Shown here: positions 20,468-30,809 of the stretch, one piece after another
How the letters are laid out: every line of letters begins with the position of its first letter
Numbering within the stretch: the stretch's first letter is position 1
Origin: Candidatus Poribacteria bacterium
Lineage (GTDB): Bacteria; Poribacteria; WGA-4E; PCPOR2b
Direction of reading: 5' to 3'
DNA length: 64,000 bases
Assembly (NCBI GenBank): GCA_965208675.1
Contig: OZ242351.1
Span: 4,224,001 to 4,288,000 of the forward strand
Notes under the pieces: model-generated
Database searches by the model: none
Told to the model about the DNA's origin: nothing
The model's input: only the letters and a program-made list of their open reading frames with translations
Made by a program: the position numbers and the translations under genes

Positions 20468-21472
20468 TCATATTAGTGCTTTGCCGTCCTTTATGCCGCA
20501 ACCTGCCATTAGCACGCGTTGAACGGCGAGGTCGTGCGCTAACGTGTAGTCAGGTTCCTTGATGCCTCGAATGCAGGCGGATAATTCGCGCAAGAGCGAC
20601 GGAAACTCCTTCGGCGGTTTGATAGAGAGTTGCTGCCACCCTGCCTGGTAATCCTCAAAGGGTTTTTCTAAACATAGACTCAGATTGGCTGATCCAATCC
20701 GTTCGTGGATGGCGGTGCCTTCTGTTCCGTAGACCTCGATTCGCCGCGTCCGATCCATCCCTACATGCATGGCTGCGGTGTCAATTGTTCCAAGGCCGTT
20801 CTCGAACTCATGTACCACGACGGCGTTGTCCACGTGAATTGGATTATCGCCGTAGTGTTTTCCCAGAACAGGATGGATATACTTCGGTTCTCCCATCGCT
20901 GCGACCATCAAATCCACGAGATGACCCGCCATCTCGAAATAGACAGCAGCGCGGTACATTCCGAATTCCGAATCCAACTCTGGATGCCACGACTTGGGCT
21001 TGGGTATATGGCCGCGATAGTAAAAAATATCCCCCAATGCGCCAGATTTGACCAACCGGATGATTTCATGGATGGCTGGATTGTAGCGCCACATATACGC
21101 CATCTGAAGCATCAATCCCTTGCACGCCGCGATTTTTTGAACACGTGTTAGGTGCTCCAAGTCCACGCCCGCCGGCTTTTCTAACAACACATGTTTGCCC
21201 GCTTCCAATGCGCGTTCCGCATAATCTAAATTCTGGTAAACATGCCCTTCAACAACCACGGCTTCGGCATCGCTATCCAAAACGGCTTGGAGGGAGGGAA
21301 AAACCGGGATAGCGGGTAGTAATTCAGACCACTCGTTCCTTTTTTGAAGGACGTCTTCATCAGGCTCGAACATCCCGATTAGCTGAAACTCGTTAGGGCG
21401 TTGAGCTGCCTCGCGCACGTGCATTACGGCGTGACTGTGCCAGACTCCCAAGAAGGCGAATTTTAGCGGCAT
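20468..21472 (-). CDS. Gfo/Idh/MocA oxidoreductase
   Basis: 'AGKHVLLEKP', 'EMAGHLVD', 'IEVYGTEG'. Confidence 0.9.
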   Translation of the reverse strand: MPLKFAFLGVWHSHAVMHVREAAQRPNEFQLIGMFEPDEDVLQKRNEWSELLPAIPVFPSLQAVLDSDAEAVVVEGHVYQNLDYAERALEAGKHVLLEKPAGVDLEHLTRVQKIAACKGLMLQMAYMWRYNPAIHEIIRLVKSGALGDIFYYRGHIPKPKSWHPELDSEFGMYRAAVYFEMAGHLVDLMVAAMGEPKYIHPVLGKHYGDNPIHVDNAVVVHEFENGLGTIDTAAMHVGMDRTRRIEVYGTEGTAIHERIGSANLSLCLEKPFEDYQAGWQQLSIKPPKEFPSLLRELSACIRGIKEPDYTLAHDLAVQRVLMAGCGIKDGKALI

Positions 21473-21513
21473 CCTTGCCTCGATATTTTGGAATAGAAGT
21501 TAAGTGAGAATCT

Positions 21514-22512
21514 TTATTGCGGTGATGACCCGATTATGGACAAGATTTCAGATTTCGTCAGGCTGCGTACGTTGAATTTGAGCTTTTCAAAGAACGGTGT
21601 AAGATTTTCGCCGGACACTTGGCTTAAAAAATAAACGAGAACACTGGTGCTCATGCGTTCGAGCGTTTTTTCGTGGAATTTTTCCTGTTCAAACAATCGG
21701 AAAACCTTCGCGTAAAAATCTTCACCGAAGCGAGATTTCAGATTAGAAACGACCGAATAAGAGTAGTCATATCTCCATTTTGTAAGCGCAGGTACGCTAA
21801 TTGTACCGGAGTTCCAGTTTTGGACCATGTTTACGCCGTCCGCGTTCACCCTAATGTCATTTTCAATGTCGATGTTTCTAAAATACCCCTGTTTAACATA
21901 TTCCACTTCGACCAACACAGACAGTCCTTCCGCGAACCACGAAGGAATGTTATATATTTCGGTAAAGGCGTGGGTTAATTCGTGCGCTTGTGTTCCTTTT
22001 TGTTGCATCATGTTAAGCGGAAAGTGTATGCGAGCGCTAGTGACCTGTTTAATCAGTTCTCCGCCGTCAAGCATAATCTGGGCGCCTGAGGAAGTTACCG
22101 CCGCATGCGTGCGCCCTTGAGAGGGCGGATGAAGCACCACTGCAATCCGGTAGTGTGGTTCAAATTTCAAAATGTCGTAAACGAAATTGTAGAGACTCTC
22201 CAGAGACACCAAAATCCCACGCCCTGTATCCTGCCGTTCTTGGGCTTCATCGAAATCCTCATGCTGCAGCAGCGTTTCGTCAAAAGTCAATGTGAAGTGT
22301 TCGCTATTTACCGTTAGCCCATCGGGGGTTGCGTTAAATTCGGAAGTAGGCCGTTCATACAACACGTGCCGTTCTTTTCGTTCATTCTTGACACGCTCTT
22401 GTCTTCGCTGTTGCGCTTCGTTTAAGGTGGCGCAACCTGTACAGAAGAGCACAGCCAGGAGCACAATCAACGCGTAGCCGATGCTGCTGCGAGATTGGCT
22501 GTGGTATTTCAT
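21514..22512 (-). CDS. Lipoprotein, putative gluzincin (MA-clan) metallopeptidase
   Basis: Lipobox CTGC; HELTH followed by 'PSWFAEGL'. Confidence 0.7.
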   Translation of the reverse strand: MKYHSQSRSSIGYALIVLLAVLFCTGCATLNEAQQRRQERVKNERKERHVLYERPTSEFNATPDGLTVNSEHFTLTFDETLLQHEDFDEAQERQDTGRGILVSLESLYNFVYDILKFEPHYRIAVVLHPPSQGRTHAAVTSSGAQIMLDGGELIKQVTSARIHFPLNMMQQKGTQAHELTHAFTEIYNIPSWFAEGLSVLVEVEYVKQGYFRNIDIENDIRVNADGVNMVQNWNSGTISVPALTKWRYDYSYSVVSNLKSRFGEDFYAKVFRLFEQEKFHEKTLERMSTSVLVYFLSQVSGENLTPFFEKLKFNVRSLTKSEILSIIGSSPQ

Positions 22513-22546
22513 CGGTAGTCCTCCTTAGCGCAAATAATGTCAGGCA

Positions 22547-23314
22547 TCAAAGCGGCGTGTCGTAGCATGTATCCTTTAGGAAAGCCAACATCCGCATGCG
22601 TTTCGGTGTCGCGTCTTCAAAGAGTTCAGGCGTGTAATAACCTCCGTCTTTGTGGTAGAGCCATTTTATATGCGCTTCTTCCTCTGGCGACCTGGGTTTC
22701 TGGAGGTAGTTGATGTAGATTGCTCGCCGCCCTACGGCTTCGCCAAAGGCGGCATGATAAAGTTTTACATTGAAAATTACGGCGTCGCCCGGATTGGACA
22801 CGATTGAATATGTGCCGGGAACATCCCTTCCTAACGGCAGTATGTTTCCGCCGTATCGTTCCATCCGCTGCCGGTAAGGCAAAAGGTGGCTTCCCGGTAA
22901 CACCGAGAGACATCCGGTGTCTGCGCTGACTGCGTCTAAGTAGAGCACAACTTTCAGGTGGATATGGTCCCCGGGCGATACATCGTCATGATGCCACCAA
23001 GTGTTGCCGAACCGATACGCGCCTTCGGATGTGCTAAATACGAAGTGCTTGCCAAGCAAATCCTCGACCACCTCACAGACCGCGTCACTGTCAAGCAAAC
23101 GGTGATAGACCGCCGGATTATACTCAAAGAACCGCATCACGGCTATTGTCTTCTTTATGTCCTCGTATGTTCCCGCCAACCTTGCACCCGCGGCTATCCG
23201 AAACGTCTCATCAAAGGCATTGATGTAAGTCCGTATCTCATTCGGCGGGATGAAGTTCTTCAGAAAAATAAATCCCAAGGTTTCAAACTGGTGTATTTGC
23301 TTTTCTGTAAGCAT
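22547..23314 (-). CDS. PhyH-family Fe(II)/2-oxoglutarate dioxygenase
   Basis: 'F.TLGF', WHHD, 'GCLSVLPGSH', 'PGDAVIF...YHA'. Confidence 0.88.
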   Translation of the reverse strand: MLTEKQIHQFETLGFIFLKNFIPPNEIRTYINAFDETFRIAAGARLAGTYEDIKKTIAVMRFFEYNPAVYHRLLDSDAVCEVVEDLLGKHFVFSTSEGAYRFGNTWWHHDDVSPGDHIHLKVVLYLDAVSADTGCLSVLPGSHLLPYRQRMERYGGNILPLGRDVPGTYSIVSNPGDAVIFNVKLYHAAFGEAVGRRAIYINYLQKPRSPEEEAHIKWLYHKDGGYYTPELFEDATPKRMRMLAFLKDTCYDTPL

Positions 23315-23492
23315 TTTTCCAAACCTATTAGCCGTGAACTAAAATGTACCGAACGACGGTTGGAATAATCTTATCACGAATTGGGTTTAATTGCAACGCG
23401 ATATGCGCTGCCGGCTTTTCGTGCTTGCAAGCCGCCGAAAATTTTGATAGTATACTTTAACCTGAACATCGACAATGAAATGGGGAGGAATC

Positions 23493-24764
23493 ATGAAACT
23501 ACCGAGAATGGTTCGAGTGAAACAACGATTTGAATCGCCAGTGGTCGACAATCTTCCGGAAGCTATTTCCGACGAATTGGATCGTATTGATGCCGGGGCA
23601 ATTGTGGGTAAGGGCAGCAGTGTTGCCGTGACGGCGGGGAGCCGCGGCGTTGCAGACATCGGCGTAATAATCAAGGCGGCGGTAGATTACCTCAAACGGA
23701 TTGGCGCAAAGCCGTTTATCGTGCCGGCGATGGGCAGTCACGGTGGCGCCACCGCGGCGGGACAACGCGAAGTGTTGGCGCATTACGGCATAACGGATGA
23801 GAGTATGGGCGTCCCCATCAAGGCTACGATGGAGGTGGTGGAAATCGGTCAGACAGCGGACAAGTTGCCGGTGTTTTTAGATCGATATGCCGCTGAAGCC
23901 GATCATATCCTTCCCCTCAATCGAATTAAAGCCCATACTGACTTCAGCGGTTCTATTGAAAGCGGTCTAATGAAAATAATGGCGATCGGACTGGGCAAAC
24001 AGAAGGGAGCGAATACATATCATCGCGCATCGATCCAGCACGGTTTCGAACATGTAATTACATCGGTGGGAAGCTTAGTATTAGGCACCGGAAAAGTCGC
24101 GTTTGGAATTGGGATTATTGAAAACGCTTACGAGGAGACAGCGAAAGTTGCCGCGTTGCGATCTAATGAACTGGTGTCTGGAGAGCGCGAACTTCTGATA
24201 GAGTCCAAAGCGCTTATGGGGCGGCTTCCTTTTGACACGCTGGATTTCCTCATTGTGGACTACATGGGGAAAAATATCAGCGGGACAGGTATGGACACAA
24301 ACATCATTGGCAGGCGGCTGCAAACTTTAGGGGTTGAACCTGAGAAACCCAAGATTATACGAATCTTCGTCCGAGATGTAACAGATGCCAGCGACGGCAA
24401 TGCGACGGGAATTGGATTGGCAGATTTTACGACAACACGCCTTGTGGATAAGATTGACAGGCACGCGACGTACATGAATGGAATTACCGGTTTAGGGCCC
24501 CAGAAATCGCGAATTCCATTTCACTACGACAACGATCGTGAAGCGATTGAGATAGCGTTACAGACGATTGGATTAACTCCGCCGGAACTGGCGAGTGTTA
24601 TTCGCATTGAGAACACACTGAAATTGACGGAAGTAGATATCTCTGAATCGCTGCTTGAAGCGGCAAAACTGCGCAGCGATTTGGATGTCATCGGCAAGTT
24701 GAGTTCGCTTGAATTTGACTCTTCGGGCAATCTGTTGCCGTTCTCAATCTATAGATTTGCATAA
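23493..24764 (+). CDS. LarA-like (DUF2088) lactate racemase domain protein
   Basis: 'GSRGV', 'PAMGSHGGAT', 'NRIKAHTDF', 'ESGLMK', 'GKNISGTGMD'; ATG 23493 has RBS GGAGG. Confidence 0.85.
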   Translation: MKLPRMVRVKQRFESPVVDNLPEAISDELDRIDAGAIVGKGSSVAVTAGSRGVADIGVIIKAAVDYLKRIGAKPFIVPAMGSHGGATAAGQREVLAHYGITDESMGVPIKATMEVVEIGQTADKLPVFLDRYAAEADHILPLNRIKAHTDFSGSIESGLMKIMAIGLGKQKGANTYHRASIQHGFEHVITSVGSLVLGTGKVAFGIGIIENAYEETAKVAALRSNELVSGERELLIESKALMGRLPFDTLDFLIVDYMGKNISGTGMDTNIIGRRLQTLGVEPEKPKIIRIFVRDVTDASDGNATGIGLADFTTTRLVDKIDRHATYMNGITGLGPQKSRIPFHYDNDREAIEIALQTIGLTPPELASVIRIENTLKLTEVDISESLLEAAKLRSDLDVIGKLSSLEFDSSGNLLPFSIYRFA

Positions 24765-24860
24765 ACGGCGCCTAACGTATTTGTTGGCTAATAGAAGCGT
24801 TGACCGCGTGATTGCCGCTGTAATGGCTACAATTTAGAATCAGATTAAGGGATTTTAGAC

Positions 24861-25283
24861 ATGGAAGGACGTTCAACGGGCATTCTTCGCCGGGTTTTTC
24901 GCAATCCATTCATCGGGGGCTTGCTTGCAGCCGCTCTCGTGTTGATGCTCCTCCTCTTTTTATCGCAATGGTACTTGATTACCGAACTGTTGGATTTGAC
25001 CTTAGACCTTGTGGAGAAGGAACTGATACGGCAGGCGCCTGAAGGTGTGGAGGCATCGGAAATTTCAAGCACTTTTGAAAATGTGAGAGAAGCGCTAATG
25101 AAAATGCCGATGAGCTACATTTCAGGTAAGATAAGCCTGAGAAAGGTTAACGCAGCTGCGAATTACGCGAAAAGTGCTAACAAGGATGGCGAATGGACTT
25201 CAGAGGAGGTCAACACGATGTTAATCATGATGAATGCGGCTGTGGGTTTCAAACGCGCGCGGGGAAAATTAGCGGATGGTTGA
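24861..25283 (+). CDS. Hypothetical single-TM protein
   Basis: 140-aa ORF with an N-terminal hydrophobic helix; overlaps the next gene. Confidence 0.7.
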   Translation: MEGRSTGILRRVFRNPFIGGLLAAALVLMLLLFLSQWYLITELLDLTLDLVEKELIRQAPEGVEASEISSTFENVREALMKMPMSYISGKISLRKVNAAANYAKSANKDGEWTSEEVNTMLIMMNAAVGFKRARGKLADG

Positions 25284-26037
25284 GCTGACAAATCCCTATG
25301 AAAAGTTTGCCTACGCCTACGATCGCATGATGAGCAACGTGGATTACGTGCGTTGGGCAAATTATATCCAGAATCTCTTCCGGCATTACAAATTTCGCCC
25401 GCGAAAAATTTTGGATTTAGCGTGTGGAACGGCGGCTTTGACGGTATTGATGGCGGAGCAAGGATATGAAGTTTGGGGGTTGGATCGTGCGGAAGGGATG
25501 CTGACAGTTGCACGTCAGAAAGCGAAGGATCGCGGCTTGAGTATTCAGTTTTACCAAGGTGATATGTGTAACTTCAAGCTGCACCAACAGTTTGATGCGA
25601 TTGTTTGCATATACGATAGCGTTAATTATGCAATCAATGAAAGCGAATTAACCAATGTATTTCGCTCCGTGTTTAGGCATCTCGCTCCATCGGGGCTGTT
25701 CATTTTCGATGTGACAACCGAACACAATATCGTGCGGCATTTTCATGCACAAACCTTTGCAGAGAACAACGATGACTATGCCTATATCTGGAAGAATCTC
25801 TACTCGTACCGGGATAATATCTGTCGCACTTCATTAACCTTTTTCCTGCGAGAAGGGGAAAGTTTTCGCCGATATGAAGAGGTGCATCTCCAAAAAATCT
25901 TCGGGGTCAACACGGTTAAAAAACTGCTGCACCAGAACGGGTACAAGATGCTCAGCGCGTACGACATGTATACGTTTAATCGCTGGAACCGGCATTCTGA
26001 TCGAATCAATTTCACTGCATGTAAAGAAGCGGGTTAG
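25276..26037 (+). CDS. Class I SAM-dependent methyltransferase
   Basis: 'ILDLACGT', 'GLD', 'QGDM', 'DSVNY', 'LAPSGLFIFD'. Confidence 0.92.
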   Translation: MVELTNPYEKFAYAYDRMMSNVDYVRWANYIQNLFRHYKFRPRKILDLACGTAALTVLMAEQGYEVWGLDRAEGMLTVARQKAKDRGLSIQFYQGDMCNFKLHQQFDAIVCIYDSVNYAINESELTNVFRSVFRHLAPSGLFIFDVTTEHNIVRHFHAQTFAENNDDYAYIWKNLYSYRDNICRTSLTFFLREGESFRRYEEVHLQKIFGVNTVKKLLHQNGYKMLSAYDMYTFNRWNRHSDRINFTACKEAG

Positions 26038-26091
26038 CCAGGGTACATGATTGTTCTAGCCGCAATGCGTGCTGTTTAGCGGTCACAAGAC

Positions 26092-27573
26092 TTACGATAA
26101 CCCCGTTATTGCAAGAAACCTACCAAAAGCCTCATCCCAACGCGTCGAATCTTTCGGTTCGTAGACAGCGGCCTCAAACGACCGGCGGATAATCTCGCGC
26201 GCATCAGCAATCGAAATTATTGCACCGCTAGCGACTGCTTGTACCATGATGTTGCCAATCGCGGTTGCTTCGATTGGCCCCGCAACTACCGGCGTCGCCG
26301 TGGCATCTGCAGTGAATTGGCAGAGCGCCTTATTCTGTGTCCCGCCGCCCACGATGTGTAGGACGTTAATGGGTTTGCCAGTAACGGATTCGAGTTTTTC
26401 CAAAACCCACCGGTATTTGAGGGCAAGGCTTTCCAACGCACAGCGGATGATTTGTCCCTTGTCCAATGGGATAGTTTGCCCGCTCCGTTTGCAATAGTCC
26501 ACGATGCGTGACGGCATATCGCCGGCGGGCAGAAAACTGCTGTCGTCCGGGTCAATTAGCGCGGCGAAAGGCTCTGCGCTCACAGCGAGCTGGGTAACCT
26601 GATGGTAGGACATTTCATCTCCCGCTTGTGCCCAAGTTCGCCGACACTCCTGTACCAGCCATAAACCCATGATGTTTTTGAGGAAACGGAAGGTGTTTTC
26701 AATTCCGCCCTCATTTGTGAAGTTGAGTTCAAGTGCTTGATCGGTAATAATCGGGTTTGGAACCTCTATTCCCATCAATGACCATGTGCCGGAGCTGATA
26801 TATGCCCAGTCTTCTCCCCGTGCAGGTACGGCTGCCACAGCCGAACCAGTATCGTGGCATGCGGGCGCAATAACGGGGATTTTGGGAAGTCCGACCTCGC
26901 TAGCAACATTCGGCAGAAGTGCGCCAAAATGTGTGCCTGGGGGCACAATCTCGGGGAATATTTCGGTTGGCAAGCCGAGTGCGCCGAGAATCTCCTTCGA
27001 CCAGCCGTATTGACGCGGATCGTAAAACTGTGTCGTTGTTGCATCAGTGAATTCGCACGCTTTTCGCCCTGTCAACCAAAAGTTGAAAATATCCGGCATC
27101 ATCAAAAACGTGTCTGCAGCATCAAGCAGCCGTGATTTTCGTAACGCCATCGACAGCAACTGATAGAGCGTATTAATCTGAAGGAATTGTGCTCCGCTAC
27201 GCTTGAAGATTTCCTCGCGCGGCACGCGGCGAAAGGCTTCGTCCAGCATACCATCTGTGCGCGAGTCCCGGTAATGATAGGGGTACCCAAGCAACGCATC
27301 ATCTCTACCAAGCAGTGCAAAATCGACTCCCCATGTGTCCACACCAAGGCTGGTGAGATTTACACGATCGCGCGCGCATATAGAAAGGGCGCGTTTGATT
27401 TCGCTCCAGAGCTGTAAGACATCCCAGTGCAGGCTATCCATCACACGAACCCCGCCGTTGGGGAAACGGTGTATTTCCTCCAATTGAAGCAAATTGCCGT
27501 CGAACTTCCCTAACACGCCGCGTCCGCTTTCAGCGCCGAGATCTATTGCCAAGTATCGTTGCGTTTCGTGCAT
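26092..27573 (-). CDS. rhaB: Rhamnulokinase (FGGY family)
   Basis: 'AIDLGAESGR', 'GVDTWGVDF', 'YRDSRT', 'HDTGSAV', 'SSGTWSL', 'TNEGG', 'KNIMGLW'. Confidence 0.92.
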   Translation of the reverse strand: MHETQRYLAIDLGAESGRGVLGKFDGNLLQLEEIHRFPNGGVRVMDSLHWDVLQLWSEIKRALSICARDRVNLTSLGVDTWGVDFALLGRDDALLGYPYHYRDSRTDGMLDEAFRRVPREEIFKRSGAQFLQINTLYQLLSMALRKSRLLDAADTFLMMPDIFNFWLTGRKACEFTDATTTQFYDPRQYGWSKEILGALGLPTEIFPEIVPPGTHFGALLPNVASEVGLPKIPVIAPACHDTGSAVAAVPARGEDWAYISSGTWSLMGIEVPNPIITDQALELNFTNEGGIENTFRFLKNIMGLWLVQECRRTWAQAGDEMSYHQVTQLAVSAEPFAALIDPDDSSFLPAGDMPSRIVDYCKRSGQTIPLDKGQIIRCALESLALKYRWVLEKLESVTGKPINVLHIVGGGTQNKALCQFTADATATPVVAGPIEATAIGNIMVQAVASGAIISIADAREIIRRSFEAAVYEPKDSTRWDEAFGRFLAITGLS

Positions 27574-28045
27574 GCCAAGTGTCCTCTGTGACTAATGGAC
27601 ATTCTCAATCTCCTAGACTCTCGTTAGACTAAGTGACTTACGCGGTTAAACGATGCGGTGTTGTGATTGGATGCTTCGTCAGGGATTCGGGGCAAGACGC
27701 CCCGCCTTCGGCGGGTGTAGAGCGTGAACATGCTCGTCAGGTCATTGAGTTACACACCGGGATAGCACAAGTCTTTACCTACCCCCAATGTTTAGACAGT
27801 TATGCTTGTTGATTAAGGTGTAAATGCTAGGCAATCCGGCTATGCTTTACACCTAGGATTTTTGAAAATACCCCTCGTGAGGTGTTTTCTTATTGAGCGA
27901 CGTATGAAGCCGCTCCTCATTACGAATCCAGTCGTGGCATAGGTTTTCATGGTTACACTGTCGGCGGCCCAACGTCCCGAACAGTGACCCTATATGATCG
28001 CCTACAGACGAATAAATGTCAAGGAAAAAGTTTCAGGAAGGCAAC

Positions 28046-28072
28046 AAAAAAAGCCCCTGCAAAAGTAGGGGC
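28046..28072 (-). terminator. Intrinsic terminator after the small ORF
   Basis: Minus strand GCCCCTAC-TTTT-GCAGGGGC followed by a T-run. Confidence 0.7.
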
Positions 28073-28094
28073 GGCAGGCTTAGGGATGGACGAT

Positions 28095-28286
28095 TTAATT
28101 ATGAAGATTTCGGTCTTTTATGTGCTCAATGAGCAATTTTTCAAGCGAATCCACTTTGTGCCAGAGCTTGTCGTGTTCGCGTTGCATTTGATTGCGGAGT
28201 GCATTGGTTGTCCAGAAGATTACGCCAATGATGACTGCTGGCGGCAACAAAGTTAATGATAGTAAGGTTGTGAGTGTTGTTTCCAT
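28095..28286 (-). CDS. 63-aa protein with one TM helix and a coiled-coil-like tail
   Basis: METTLTTLLSLTLLPPAVIIGVIFWTTNALRNQMQREHDKLWHKVDSLEKLLIEHIKDRNLHN; RBS AAGGAG; own terminator. Confidence 0.7.
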   Translation of the reverse strand: METTLTTLLSLTLLPPAVIIGVIFWTTNALRNQMQREHDKLWHKVDSLEKLLIEHIKDRNLHN

Positions 28287-28371
28287 AATATACTCTCCTT
28301 TCACGGAAAGTATATCACAAGTCACATCTAATAACAAGAGAGATGACCCCAAACAAAAGGGACAGTATAAA

Positions 28372-28560
28372 ATGGCAAGAAAAAAGAAGGGAAATGTTGC
28401 GAAACGACGTATAAAAGGACGAAATACAAGGAAGGAATTTGTGAAGGGTGTATAACCTATTTTGGATACACCGGATAACATCGCAAGGGCGTTGATCGGA
28501 ATTAAACGGAAAGAAAAAGAAGACGAAAACTCATGGGCGTTTCAGAAATGGGCACTATTA
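28372..28560 (+). pseudogene. Small basic ORF with an in-frame TAA, cut by a MITE
   Basis: MARKKKGNVAKRRIKGRNTRKEFVKGV*PILDTPDNIARALIGIKRKEKEDENSWAFQKWAL continues in frame past TAA 28453 up to the MITE end. Confidence 0.5.
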
Positions 28561-28931
28561 GACATCTTTCCAAAATAATTCCACCGCCCGATAGCCCCAG
28601 GCGGGATCTTCGATCGTCAAATCGAAGATAGTTTTTTCAGACAAATATAAATCACTGTTACACGTCAACATCTAGCCCCAGAGGGGCGGCAGGTGTGTAG
28701 AGACCACCCTTATATTGGGTTCATACGCTGTAGGGGCAACCCTTGTGGTTGCCCTTATCGCCGCACGAGTAGTCATAAGCCAAAGCCCCAGAGCGAATCT
28801 TCGTTCATCAAATCGAAGGTAGTCTTTTCAGATGTGTTTAGAAAACACATTTGACAATTTTCCAAAATATTTCCAGAGTCCGATGTCGCTTCAGTTTTGT
28901 CAACCACATTGAGTTAATTAGGAAAGATGTC
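28561..28931. mobile_element. MITE family A, copy 1 (371 bp)
   Basis: Perfect TIR GACATCTTTCC...GGAAAGATGTC; TA on both sides in an AT-TA..TA-AT context; no transposase; homologous to 37835 and 41492. Confidence 0.85.
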
Positions 28932-28962
28932 TAATGAATCTTACAGGACCTGTACCGATTTC

Positions 28963-29988
28963 CTAGTGCGGCTTAAAGATGAAGATTCTCTCGACTTTGG
29001 AAACGTCGTCGTATTGAAAGTTAATTCCCTTTTTCCAATACCAGTGATTCTTGCCATCGTCTTTGATCTCCTCAGCGGGCCCAAATTCGGTTTCTACACG
29101 CTTGCGGGTACTTCCGATGCCGCTGCCGCCCAACGTTTTAGCTAAACTTGGCTTGTGGCGAACGAGCCTTATGATATCCCCTTCAAATGGCCTGTAGATA
29201 TGTATGCTCCGGACCTGACCGATTCCATCACCGGAAACGGATAACCCAATATCCCAATAATCAAGACCGCCAACTATTCCACCTTTTTTCTGGTCCGGTT
29301 TTCCGTACAGCGCTTTTACCCGATCAGATTCATCGCCCAACTGGATGCCAGCAGCTTCTTTCCCGGGCACAATTAGGGAGTTATTGACAATGACCTGTGC
29401 CGAATTTTCCACCGATTCGTTTATACCGTCGTCCACGGTTAACGTAACGGTTGTTGAATTCGAATCAAATGGGGCAGTCCATATCGTTGTCGGTGTATTC
29501 TCTGAACTAAGCAACCCCGCCGCTTCCCATTTGTAGGTCAGTGAATCCCTATCTAAGTCATCTGTTATCGCTTCAAGTTGTATACGTGCGCCAGCATGAA
29601 CTTTGTCCGGTACGAGGATTCGCTTGATAACAGGCGCTGAATTTTTTAGATTGATGGCGATCTTTTTTGATTTGACAGCCGATTCGTTCACACCGTCATG
29701 TGCGTGGACGACCACAACTGCGGATTTCGCATTGGTAGGGGCTGTCCATTTCACGACGCGCCCTATGGTTGAATCAAGTTTCCCTTCTTTTGCTTCCCAC
29801 ACGTAGCTCAACGCGTCGCCGTCTGCATCATGCGCGACGACCTGGAGTTCGACAGTGGCACCGGGTTCGACTGGTTCAGGCGCAACCACATGATCGATGA
29901 CAGGCGGGTTATTCTGGAGATCGGTGTCGTCTTCGCCGCATGCCAATATTGCGAACGAAATAACCAATAGTGTAATAATCGCCTTCAT
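28963..29988 (-). CDS. Lipoprotein with two PKD/cadherin-like Ig domains and a C-terminal alpha/beta repeat
   Basis: ATG 29988 with RBS AGGAGG; lipobox LAC; 'N.PPVI..DADGDALSYVW..WTAP' occurs twice. Confidence 0.8.
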   Translation of the reverse strand: MKAIITLLVISFAILACGEDDTDLQNNPPVIDHVVAPEPVEPGATVELQVVAHDADGDALSYVWEAKEGKLDSTIGRVVKWTAPTNAKSAVVVVHAHDGVNESAVKSKKIAINLKNSAPVIKRILVPDKVHAGARIQLEAITDDLDRDSLTYKWEAAGLLSSENTPTTIWTAPFDSNSTTVTLTVDDGINESVENSAQVIVNNSLIVPGKEAAGIQLGDESDRVKALYGKPDQKKGGIVGGLDYWDIGLSVSGDGIGQVRSIHIYRPFEGDIIRLVRHKPSLAKTLGGSGIGSTRKRVETEFGPAEEIKDDGKNHWYWKKGINFQYDDVSKVERIFIFKPH

Positions 29989-30107
29989 TGATGTTTGCCT
30001 CCTAACGAAAAGAATCGCTGTCCACGAAGAGCAACCGGAGCAGCGTGGGTTTAAGAAGGATTTCTGGATAAGTGTTCCGATATTGGTGTCCATACTTACG
30101 TTGCCGT

Positions 30108-30635
30108 TTACTTTTTCATATAACGTTGTTTTACGTCTTCCGCAGCTTGACTCCCCGAACGGAAATTTTGCAGCTGATCAATCGATGCACCTGCTTTAAT
30201 AAGCGCTTCAGCGGACGCAGCATAGCCGAACTCAATAGCAAGGCGCAGCGGTTCTCCATCATCGTTTAGTCCTTCCACCTTCGCGCCTGCCTCGACGAAA
30301 ATCTTGACTAAATCCGCCGCGGCGCCGGCATTGTGCGGATGAACACTGGTGACGAGGGACACCAAAGGCGTTGTTCCGCTCTTTCCATCCAGAAAAGTCG
30401 CATCAATCTCGCTGCCCGCCGCAATCAACGCCTTAGCAATCTCCGCGGCATTAATCGGCGTCCTCTGGCGTTCGTCCTCGACTCCGTTTGCCGATACGTA
30501 GTGCAGCAATGTGGCGCGATGGACTCTGGCGGAGCGTGTTTTAGCAAGATCTGAATTGGCGGCAAGCAACTCCGACAACTTCGTTACATCGCCGGCGATA
30601 ATAGCCTCGACAGCGGCTTCAAAGGTTGCATTCAT
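30108..30635 (-). CDS. Ankyrin-repeat protein (possibly truncated)
   Basis: 'ATLLHYV', 'AKALIAAGSEID', 'PLRLAIEFG..AEALIKAGA'. Confidence 0.8.
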   Translation of the reverse strand: MNATFEAAVEAIIAGDVTKLSELLAANSDLAKTRSARVHRATLLHYVSANGVEDERQRTPINAAEIAKALIAAGSEIDATFLDGKSGTTPLVSLVTSVHPHNAGAAADLVKIFVEAGAKVEGLNDDGEPLRLAIEFGYAASAEALIKAGASIDQLQNFRSGSQAAEDVKQRYMKK

Positions 30636-30809
30636 ATATCTGTCGCCTCACACGTAAAAAGTCTTGCGAATCTCTATTTGTAAAATTCGCGGTATTGACA
30701 GCTCAAACGTCCACATTTTTCCGCATTATAACGCCTTATAACGCGTATCCTCGGAGTCCAGCATTATTGTTGAGAAAAGATTTTGCATAAAAATTGAGAC
30801 GCAACCAAA

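Noticed and set aside
27935-27950. TGGCATAGGTTTTCA as a sigma-54 promoter
   Set aside because: Lacks the -12 GC and has no gene to drive
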